Part shown: piece by piece, positions 12,380 through 23,247 of the stretch
How positions within the stretch are numbered: the stretch's first letter is position 1
Layout of the letters: each line of letters starts with the position of its first letter
Origin: Nemertoderma westbladi
Taxonomy: Eukaryota > Animalia > Xenacoelomorpha
DNA length: 64,000 nt
Direction: 5' to 3'
Assembly (NCBI GenBank): GCA_032718475.1
Contig: JAUCBJ010002317.1
Span: forward strand, 1 to 64,000
Notes under the pieces: generated by a model
The model's input: only the letters and a program-made list of their open reading frames with translations
The model's database searches: none
What the model was told of the DNA's origin: nothing
Position numbers and translations under genes: made by a program

Positions 12380-13957
12380 CCACTAGAAATATCAAACACA
12401 ACAAACCTAATTCATTATCTTTAATTGAGACAACTCCTGTAGAGTTACAATACCTTATATTACAAATAAACTCAACTAATGACTCCTTCCCTCCCAAACT
12501 TTTGAAACTTGCAGCTGGATCATTATCACACCATTTAAGTTATCTTTTCAATTTAAGCATTTCTTCAGGTTATTTTCCCAAATCTTTAAAAACTGCTAAA
12601 GTAATACCTCTGTACAAAAAAGACAACCCAACAGACCCCAACAACTATCGCCCCATATCGCTTCTCCCTATTCTCAGTAAATTTTTCGAACAAATAATTA
12701 CACCCAGTTACAGTCATACCTCGATAAGTACAATATTTTAAGTAATTTTCAATTCGGATTCCGCCCTAAAACTTCTACTTCGCATGCTCTTTTATCTACA
12801 ACAGAAAAAATTAACCTTCTCCTTGATTCAAACATCTCAGCATGCGCAATCTATATTGATTTACAGAAGGGCTTTGATACAGTCCACCATAAAAGTCTCT
12901 TATCTAAACTCGAATGCTACGGTATCAGAGGTCGTCCTCTACAACTTATAGAAAGCTTCCTTTCCGATAGGTCACAGTTCGTATCAGTTGGTTCCTTTTG
13001 TTCTTCTCTTCTTCCGATTGCTTGCGGCGTCTCCCAAGGTTCTGTCTTATCATCTCTTATTTTTCTACTCTTTATCAATGACCTTCCAAGACGCCACTAA
13101 TTTATTAGCCACTCTCTTCGCGGAAGATACAACGTTACTTTCCTTCCATTCTAATCTAAACACTTTAATCGAATATACCAACACTGAACTCAATAAACTA
13201 CAGAATTGGATATTAAATAATAAATTACTCATTAATTAAAAAAAACCGCATTCACTATATTTTCAAAATCAAATATTAATTTATCTAATTTATCTAAAAT
13301 GACTATAAATAATACTGAAATCTCAAATTGTAACGACTCAAAATTATTAGCTGTATGGATCGATAACAAACTAAATTGGAAAACCAACATTTCATATGTT
13401 ATTAAAAAAGTTTTCCGATCCACAGGACTATTTTATAAACTACGCCACATTTTCCCCTCCATATATTACGCACACTTTATTTTTCCCTTATTCATCCATA
13501 TGTAAATTACTGTCTTATACTTTGGGGCAACGCCCCCTCCACTGTTATAAAACCAATTCGCATAAAAATTAATAAACTTCTCCGCTGCATCATGTTCATC
13601 TACTATCGTAACTCTGCTACACCAATTTATCAACAGTTAAAAATATTACCCCTCAATTTATTATATGAATATCAAGTAGCCTCCTCATTTATGTACGACA
13701 TCCATTCAAACCGTATAAATCCCACATCCGAACTTTCCAAACTATTTCAAAAACGCAACACATTCCACTCACATTTCACCAGATCTGCTGCCAGATCTGA
13801 TTTCACTCTCCCGCTATTCCATCTCAGTTCATCCCAGCGGTCCGTGAGCTTCCGAGGTCCTCGTGTCTGGAACTCTCTACCTGATGAACTCCGGTGCAAG
13901 AAATCGAAATCGCTGTTCCAATCCCGTCTTAAATATCATTTATTTAATAGCATATAG
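12380..13957 (+). mobile_element. 5'-truncated, frameshifted non-LTR retrotransposon RT (CR1/L2-type LINE ORF2)
   Basis: Motifs KTAKVIPLYKK..NYRPISLLPILSK, QFGFRP, IDLQKGFDTVHH, GVSQGSVLS, LFAEDTTL (YADD box degenerate), IDNKLNWK and RGPRVWNSLP are spread over several frames. Confidence 0.85.
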
Positions 13958-14053
13958 TTTCTCCCTTACGAATAATTATATTTACCAGTTAATGTAAAAT
14001 TCCTTTATCAGTTAATGTAAAATTCCTTTCAATTCTAGTCCTCCTAGTTCAAT

Positions 14054-14270
14054 TCATCCTAGTTCATGGAGACTATCATCGGTGAAGTTGGAATCCCTGT
14101 CGCCTGAGTCTATTCGGCAGTTAAAGTCGGCGCCGATAATTATATTTTCGTTTGGGTCGACCTTCATTAAAGCATCATTTATTATTAGTACCACTTCTTT
14201 AACTGGACAGTCGGGTTGAAAGTATGAAACTATAAATGTGGCTACATCTGATTCAACAACAATGTATTGT
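14054..14270 (-). mobile_element. LINE apurinic-like endonuclease fragment
   Basis: ORF 14054-14356(-) contains IVSYFQP..NIIIGADFNCRID, the G.DFN motif of LINE APE domains. Confidence 0.65.
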
Positions 14271-14299
14271 TGGCATGATGAAATTAGATACGGGTTTAA

Positions 14300-14985
14300 G
14301 CATGGTTTACAAAGAAGTATTAACTGGCATACTGCAAGGTGACACATTAGCACCATTACTATTCATATTTGTGCTGGATTACGCAATGAGGATGGCCACA
14401 ATGGGTGAAGATCTGGGATTCACACTTCAAGAACGCAGAAGTAGTAGATATCCGGCAACTACAGTCACAGACACCGACTTTGCGGATGACATCGCCCTGC
14501 TCTCTAATACGCTAGCAGATGACCAGCTTCTACTAAATAAAGTGGAGAGGGCTGCTAAGGAGGTTGGATTGCATATAAATGCTACAAAGACCGAATTCAT
14601 GACCTTTAATGTTGATGGAAACTTGACAACCATTGATAATAATCAACTAAGGAAGGTCGATGACTTCCAGTACCTTGGATCATGGATAGAGAGTAGCAAA
14701 AAGGACTTAGAAGTAAGGAAAGCAAAGGCTTGGGTAGCTCTATCAAAAATGGATACCATCTGGAAATCAGATCTCTCCAGGCACCTGAAGACTAAGTTCT
14801 TTCGAGCCACAGTGGAAAGTGTATTTTTATACGGGGGTGAGACCTGGACACTGACTAAATCACTTGAACAACGAATTGATGGTTGCTACACAAGACTACT
14901 AAGGGCAGCCCTAAACATCAGCTGGAGACAACACATGACAAACGCCGAGCTTTATGGTACAATACCACCTGTATCAACTGAAATG
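14300..14985 (+). mobile_element. RTE-clade LINE reverse transcriptase fragment
   Basis: GILQGDTLAPLLF, DTDFADDIALL, GLHINATKTEFM, FQYLGS, FRATVESVFLYGGETWTL and IDGCYTRLLRAALNISW in one open frame. Truncated at both ends. Confidence 0.9.
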
Positions 14986-14989
14986 GGAG

Positions 14990-15510
14990 CGTGTTCTGGG
15001 CGGTAGCTCGAAGTGATCCGCCTTGCCGATTACCTCTAACGACAGGATGGCGTTCATTGCATTGCGGCCCGGGTGCTGGGCATACCAGTACTTCAGCAGG
15101 CGAGATGAGTGATTGACGTTGGGAATGAACACCTGGGTGGGTGGAAGTTCCTGCTGGCCGAGCTGGGTCAACCCCTGATTGGCGAGGATGGTTTCGTGTT
15201 TGAGTGTCGTTCATTGGATTGGTGACAGGAACATGGACATGTGCAACTGTCGAATACAGAGGTCTGGTTTGCATTTCTGTCTTATGCTTGATCAATTCGT
15301 TTTTAGATTCTATCGTTTCTTCCCTGGCTGCTGCCAGTTTGTCAAACACATTGTGTACAAGGCTGACATCTTCATGAACATATCATTGACTTGTTCCTCA
15401 CCCTTGTTGTTTACACTCTTCTTCTGTCTTCGCTTTAACAGATCGAAATAGTCCAATGATATCAGATTGCAGTTTAATAAAAGATTCCGTCATTTTCGCA
15501 TTAGGCAAAA
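14990..15510 (-). mobile_element. Possible decayed LINE ORF1-like fragment
   Basis: Broken minus-strand frames with a coiled-coil-like stretch followed by PLYSTVA, on the same strand as and upstream of the APE fragment. No diagnostic motif. Confidence 0.3.
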
Positions 15511-15649
15511 CCATATATATTCATTGAATACCAGATAATAAATATTAATTAAGATGAAGTTGACAGTTATTTGGAGCAGGCCTATAATAGGCCTACAGCT
15601 GTGCTGACCTCTTACACCCACCCAATACACTACTAGTAAATGACAACCA

Positions 15650-16110
15650 ACTTCAGATTTGGGATCAGCACATTCCGCTTACCTATTAAAAATGTTTCCC
15701 TCCAAAATTCCGGTATATATTATTCCAAAAACTTGGGCGCGACGTATAAAACCATCGATATGATATTTGTTCTCAGCTACCGCGAATTAATTATATAAAA
15801 AATTTTCAGCCGATTTTGAGATGATTTAGTGTTTACGAAAAAAAATATAAATTTCGATACTATAGAAATTTCGGCATAAGAGTCAAACCGTATGTAATAC
15901 AGTAGGTTGAAATTCAAAACTGACTTTAAATTCGGAATCAGCGACTCGAAATTAACTTACAAAAGTTTCGACTAAATCTGAGAAAATAAAAATTTGGAGC
16001 TCTAAAAATCCCGAAAAACTGATGGCAAAAACCGATTTAAACATCGTAGATTGACAATGTATTGATAGCGTGCCTTCTTATATGGTCTATCCGCCTGGAG
16101 CTGAAAATCG
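15650..16110. repeat. Interspersed repeat family copy; related copies near 22975-23190 and 25940-26150
   Basis: Shared strings TTTCAGCCGATTT..GATTT..TTTACGAAAA, GTAGGTTGAAAT, AATCAGCGAC and GAGCTCTAAAAATC..AAAAACTGATG at 15824-16025 and 25940-26127. TTCAGATT.GGGATCA occurs at 15652 and 22984. Confidence 0.55.
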
Positions 16111-16164
16111 GTACAAGTTCGACCTTCCCAGCTTGTTTGAGCGACGCAGTGGAGTCGAATGTTT

Positions 16165-16760
16165 AAGGGGTTGGGGACCAGGCAACAGTTCTACTAGGAG
16201 ACACACAGATCCACGCCAAACGCCATCGTGCCGTAGAGCTTTAGAGGAGTGACTTATAGGGGTTGGGGACCAGGCAACAGTTCTTCTAGGAGACACACAG
16301 ATCCACGCCATGGTGCCGTAGAGTGGTAGAGGAGTGACTTATAGGGGTTGGGGACCAGGCAACAGTTCTACTAGGGGACACACAGACCCACGCCAAACGC
16401 CATCGTGCCGTAGAGCGGTAGAGGATTGACTTATAGGGGTTGGGGACCAGGCAACAGTTCTACTAGGAGACACACAGATCCACGCCATGGTGCCGTAGAG
16501 CGGTAGAGGAGTGACTTATAGGGGTTGGGGACCAGGCAACAGTTCTACTAGGAGACACACAGACCCACGCCATGTTATTGGCCGTAGAGGAGTGACTTAT
16601 AGATGGTTGGGGACCAGGCAACAGTTCTACTAGGGGACACACAGATCCACGCCATGGTATATGCCGCAGAGGAGTGACTTATAGGGGTTGGGGACCAGGC
16701 AACAGTTCTACTAGGGGACACACAGACCCACTCCATGGTATTGGCCGTAGAGGAGTGACT
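16165..16760. repeat. 81-bp satellite, block 1 (~7 units)
   Basis: Unit GAGGAGTGACTTATAGGGGTTGGGGACCAGGCAACAGTTCTACTAGGGGACACACAGATCCACGCCATGGTATTGGCCGCA, with longer variant units at the start. Confidence 0.95.
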
Positions 16761-17371
16761 TTATAAGGGGAAAGAGGCCAAGCGAAAGCGATGTTGTGAT
16801 GGGCGTAGCCCTACTTTTATTTCATGCCTGGAAACTTCACGCGCAGTATCTACAGTATTACTCTACTCATTAAGTGAGACTGGCCATTGTTATAAATAAT
16901 CGGAATAAATATGCCCAACGGTAGCTTTAAGGTCGGAAATCTGGTATAGAGTCAGCTGCAATCGGGTTGATTACCTATCCAGATGACAGTATAAACTCCA
17001 AAGCAATGTATTAGTCATTATATTGCCTTTATTATGCAGCTAGACAGCATGACTACATCAAGTAGAAATTCAAACTATTTCTTCATATATAATAATTTAT
17101 TTTGCTCTTTGCTAGTTCACCAAAAACAATATCCGTAAATGTAACGGATGGTGTCTAAGGCACATTTTTAGTAGGAGAGTTTGTGTTGGTCTATCAGTCC
17201 GTTACTTTATTTCATAAAACACACCAATTATTTATTCATATATACTGCCCCATTTACTAACATTGCGCTACTTTGCTTCCACTAAGCAGCAGCAAGTATT
17301 TAATGTTTATTAGGTTGCGTTTTATATTGTTTAAGTATGGCGTGTTAGTGTCGTTATATTCATTCGCAGAT

Positions 17372-20300
17372 TGGGACACACTGACACACAGACCCATTGC
17401 CATGGTATATGCCGTAGAGGAGTGACTCATTGGGGTTGGGGACCAGGCAACAGTTCTACTAGGGGACACACTGATCCACTCCATGGTATTGGCCGCAGAG
17501 GAGTGACTTATGGGGGTTGGGGACCAGGCAACAGTTCTACTAGGGGACACACAGATCCACGCCATGGTGCCGTAGAGCGGTAGAGGAGTGACTTATAGGG
17601 GTTGGGGACCAGGCAACAGTTCTACTAGGGGACACACAGATCCACGCCATGGTAGGCCTATAGGCCGCAGAGGAGTGACTTATAGAGGTTGGGGACCAGG
17701 CAGCAGTTCTACAGTACTAGGGGACACACAGATCCACGCCATGGTATTGGCCGTAGAGGAGTGACTTATAGATGGTTTGGGACCAGGCAACAGTTCTACT
17801 AGGGGACACACAGATCCATGCCATGGTATTGGCCGCAGAGGAGTGACTTATAGATGGTTGGGGACCAGGCAACAGTTCTACTAGGGGACACACAGACCCA
17901 CGCCATGGTATTGGCCGCAGAGGAGTGACTTATAGATGATTGGGGACCAGGCAACAGTTCTACAGTACTAGGGGACACACAGATCCACGGCATGGTATTG
18001 GCCGCAGAGGAGTGACTTATAGATGGTTGGGGACCAGGCAACAGTTCTACTAGGGGACACACAGATCCACGCCATGGTATTGGCCGCAGAGGAGTGACTT
18101 ATAGATGGTTGGGGACCAGGCAACAGTTCTACTAGGGGACACACAGACCCACGCCATGGTATTGGCCGCAGAGGAGTGACTTATAGATGATTGGGGACCA
18201 GGCAACAGTTCTACAGTACTAGGGGACACACAGATCCACGCCATGGTATTGGCCGCAGAGGAGTGACTTATAGATGGTTGGGGACCAGGCAACAGTTCTA
18301 CTAGGGGACACACAGATCCACGCCATGGTATTGGCCTCAGAGGAGTGACTTATAGATGGTTGGGGACCAGGCAACAGTTCTACTAGGGGACACACAGATC
18401 CACGCCATGGTATTGGCCGCAGAGGAGTGACTTATAGATGGTTGGGGACCAGGCAGCAGTTCTACTAGGGGACACACAGATCCATGCCATGGTATTGGCC
18501 GCAGAGGAGTGACTTATAGATGGTTGGGGACCAGGCAACAGTTCTACTAGGGGACACACAGACCCACGCCATGGTATTGGCCGCAGTAGATGATTGGGGA
18601 CCAGGCAACAGTTCTACAGTACTAGGGGACACACAGATCCACGCCATGGTATTGGCCGCAGAGGAGTGACTTATAGATGGTTGGGGACCAGGCAACAGTT
18701 CTACTAGGGGACACACAGATCCACGCCATGGTATTGGCCGCAGAGGAGTGACTTATAGATGGTTGGGGACCAGGCAACAGTTCTACTAGGGGACACACAG
18801 ACCCACTCCATGGTATTGGCCGTAGAGGAGTGACTTATAGATGGTTGGGGACCAGGCAAGAGTTCTACTAGGGGGCACACAGACCCACTCCATGGTATTG
18901 GCCGTAGAGGAGTGACTTATAGATGATTGGGGACCAGGCAACAGTTCTACAGTACTAGGGGACACACAGATCCATGCCATGGTATTGGCCGCAGAGGAGT
19001 GACTTATAGATGGTTGGGGACCAGGCAACAGTTCTACTAGGGGACACACAGATCCACGCCATGGTATTGGCCGCAGAGGAGTGACTTACAGATGATTGGG
19101 GACCAGGCAACAGTTCTACAGTACTAGGGGACACACAGATCCACGCCATGGTAGGCCTATAGGCCGCAGAGGAGTGACTTATAGAGGTTGGGGACCAGGC
19201 AACAGTTTTACTAGGGGATACACTGACACACAGACCCACTCCATTGTATATGCCGTAGAGGAGTGACTTATAGGGGTTGGGGACCAGGCAACAGTTCTAC
19301 TAGGGGACACACAGATCCACGCCATGGTAGGCCTATAGGCCGCAGAGGAGTGACTTATAGAGGTTGGGGACCAGGCAACAGTTTTACTAGGGGACACACG
19401 GACACACAGACCCACGCCATGGTATATGCCGTAGAGGAGTGAGTTATAGGGGTTGGGGACCAGGCAACAGTTCTACTAGGGGACACACAGATCCACGCCA
19501 TGGTAGGCCTATAGGCCGCAGAGGAGTGACTTATAGAGGTTGGGGACCAGGCAACAGTTTTACTAGGGGACACACGGACACACAGACCCACGCCATGGTA
19601 TATGCCGTAGAGGAGTGAGTTATAGGGGTTGGGGACCAGGCAACAGTTCTACTAGGGGACACACAGATCCACGCCATGGTATACAGTATGCCGTAGAGGA
19701 GTGAGTTATAGGGGTTGGGGACCAGGCAACAGTTCTACTAGGGGACACACAGACCCACGCCATGGTATATGCCGTAGAGGAGTGAGTTATAGGGGTTGGG
19801 GACCAGGCAACAGTTCTACAGTACTAGGGGACACACAGATCCACGCCATGGTAGGCCTATAGGCCGTAGAGGAGTGACTTATAGGGGTTGGGGACCAGGC
19901 AACAGTTCTACTAGGGGACACACAGATCCACGCCATGGTATATGCCGTAGAGGAGTGAGTTATAGGGGTTGGGGACCAGGCAACAGTTCTACTAGGGGAC
20001 ACACAGATCCACGCCATGGTATATGCCGTAGAGGAGTGAGTTATAGGGGTTGGGGACCAGGCAACAGTTCTACTAGGGGACACACAGACCCACGCCATGG
20101 TATATGCCGTAGAGGAGTGAGTTATAGGGGTTGGGGACCAGGCAACAGTTCTACAGTACTAGGGGACACACAGATCCACGCCATGGTAGGCCTATAGGCC
20201 GTAGAGGAGTGACTTATAGGGGTTGGGGACCAGGCAACAGTTCTACTAGGGGATACACTGACACACAGACCCACTCCATGGTATATGCCGTAGAGGAGTG

Positions 20301-22819
20301 ACTTATAGGGGTTGGGGACCAGGCAACAGTTCTACTAGGGGACACACAGACCCACGCCATGGTATATGCCGCAGAGGAGTGACTTATACGGGTTGGGGAC
20401 CAGGCAAAAGTTCTACTAGGGGACACACAGACCCACTCCATGGTATACGCCGCAGAGGAGTGACTTATAGAGGTTGGGGACCAGGCAACAGTTCTACTAG
20501 GGGACACACAGACCCACGCGATGGTATATGCCGCAGAGGAGTGACTTATACGGGTTGGGGACCAGGCAAAAGTTCTACTAGGGGGCACACAGACCCACTC
20601 CATGGTATACGCCGCAGAGGAGTGACTTATAGAGGTTGGGGACCAGGCAACAGTTCTACTAGGGGACACACAGACCCACTCCATGGTATAGGCCGCAGAG
20701 GAGTGACTTATAGAGGTTGGGGACCAGGCAACAGTTCTACTAGGGGACACACAGACCCACTCCATGGTATATGCCGTAGAGAAGTGACTTATGGGGGTTG
20801 GGGACCAGGCAACAGTTCTACTAGGGGGCACACTGATCCACGCCATGGTATTGGCCGCAGAGGAGTGACTTATAGAGGTTGGGGACCAGGTAACAGTTTT
20901 ACTAGGGGACACACAGACCCACGCCATGGTATATGCCGCAGAGGAGTGACTTATAGGGGTTGGGGACCATAGGCAACAGTTCTACTAGGGGACACACAGA
21001 TCCGCGCCATGCTATTGGCCGCAGAGGAGTGACTTATAGGGGTTGGGGACCAGGTAACAGTTCTATTAGGAGACCACACTGACCCACGCCATTGTATATA
21101 CCGCAGAGGAGTGACTTATAGGGGTTGGGGACCAGGCAACAGTTCTACTAGGGGACACACAGACCCACGCCATGGTATATGCCGCAGAGGAGTGACTTAT
21201 AGGGGTTGGGGACCATAGGCAACAGTTCTACTAGGGGACACACAGATCCGCGCCATGCTATTGGCCGCAGAGGAGTGACTTATAGGGGTTGGGGACCAGG
21301 TAACAGTTCTACTAGGGGACACACGGATCCGCGCCATGCTATCGCAGAGGAGTGACTTATAGGGGTTGGGGACCAGGCAAGAGTTCTATTAGGGGACACA
21401 CAGATCCACGCCATGGTATTGGCCGCAGAGGAGTGACTTATAGGGGTTGGGGACCAGGTAACAGTTCTACTAGGGGACACACGGATCCGCGCCATGCTAT
21501 TGGCCGCAGAGGAGTGACTTATAGGGGTTGGGGACCAGGCAACAGTTCTACTAGGGGACACACAGACCCACGCCATGGTATTGGCCGTAGAGGAGTGACT
21601 TATAGGGGTTGGGGACCAGGCAACAGTTCTACTATGGGACACACAGACCCACGCCATGGTATATGCCGCAGAGGAGTGACTTATAGGGGTTGGGGACCAG
21701 GTAACAGTTCTACTAGGGGACACACGGATCCGCGCCATGCTATTGGCCGCAGAGGAGTGACTTATAGGGGTTGGGGACCAGGCAACAGTTCTACTAGGGG
21801 ACACACAGACCCACGCCATGGTATATGCCGCAGAGGAGTGACTTATAGGGGTTGGGGACCAGGCAACAGTTCTACTAGGGGACACACAGACCCACGCCAT
21901 GGTATATGCCGCAGAGGAGTGACTTATAGGGGTTGGGGACCATAGGCAACAGTTCTACTAGGGGACACACAGATCCGCGCCATGCTATTGGCCGCAGAGG
22001 AGTGACTTATAGGGGTTGGGGACCAGGTAACAGTTCTACTAGGGGACACACGGATCCGCGCCATGCTATCGCAGAGGAGTGACTTATAGGGGTTGGGGAC
22101 CAGGCAAGAGTTCTATTAGGGGACACACAGATCCACGCCATGGTATTGGCCGCAGAGGAGTGACTTATAGGGGTTGGGGACCAGGTAACAGTTCTACTAG
22201 GGGACACACGGATCCGCGCCATGCTATTGGCCGCAGAGGAGTGACTTATAGGGGTTGGGGACCAGGCAACAGTTCTACTAGGGGACACACAGACCCACGC
22301 CATGGTATTGGCCGTAGAGGAGTGACTTATAGGGGTTGGGGACCAGGCAACAGTTCTACTATGGGACACACAGATCCACGCCATGGTATTGGCCGCAGAG
22401 GAGTGACTTATAGGGGTTGGGGACCAGGTAACAGTTCTACTAGGGGACACACGGATCCGCGCCATGCTATTGGCCGCAGAGGAGTGACTTATAGGGGTTG
22501 GGGACCAGGCAACAGTTCTACTAGGGGACACACAGACCCACGCCATGGTATTGGCCGTAGAGGAGTGACTTATAGGGGTTGGGGACCAGGCAACAGTTCT
22601 ACTATGGGACACACAGACCCACGCCATGGTATATGCCGCAGAGGAGTGACTTATAGGGGTTGGGAACCAGGTAACAGTTCTACAGTACTAGGGGACACAC
22701 GGATCCGCGCCATGCTATTGGCCGCAGAGGAGTGACTTATAGGGGTTGGGGACCAGGCAACAGTTCTACTAGGGGACACACAGACCCACGCCATGGTATT
22801 GGCCGTAGAGGAGTGACTT
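17372..22819. repeat. 81-bp satellite, block 2 (~66 units) with higher-order blocks
   Basis: Same unit. ORF-track offsets reveal 251-bp (17799/18050), 176-bp (19179/19355) and 727-bp (21280/22007) higher-order duplications. Confidence 0.97.
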
Positions 22820-23247
22820 TATAAGGGGAAAGAGGCCAAGCGAAAGCGATGTTGTGACAGTATTACTCTACTCATTAAGTGAGATTGGCCATTGTAAAAT
22901 ATTTGAAAGATGAAATTGTTTTTTTGCTTATAGTTTGGGCGTTTATATATCCCGAACCGTTGGACTAATAATAAAAAACTGATTTCAGATTCGGGATCAT
23001 CACCATCATGATACCTAATAAGAATATTTTAGGCCAATTCTAAAAAGATTTGGTTTTTATCTAAATCGAAAAAAAAAATATTATTATTCTTGAAATTTGG
23101 CGACCAATAAAACCAGTCCGGTTTTTCGAAATGGAAAACAGACATGATATTCGTTGTCAGCGACTTTGAATTAATGAATAACCTATCGCCTTGGTCCGGG
23201 CAGTGGGTCTTTGTTTGAGGGGTGGGCGGAGGTCGTGGCGGCCAATA

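Noticed and set aside
16165-22819. Satellite ORFs (VAWSP WD40-like, RGWGPG repeats) and a CRISPR-like appearance
   Set aside because: Frequent non-triplet indels break all frames, there are no unique spacers or cas genes, and the context is eukaryotic.
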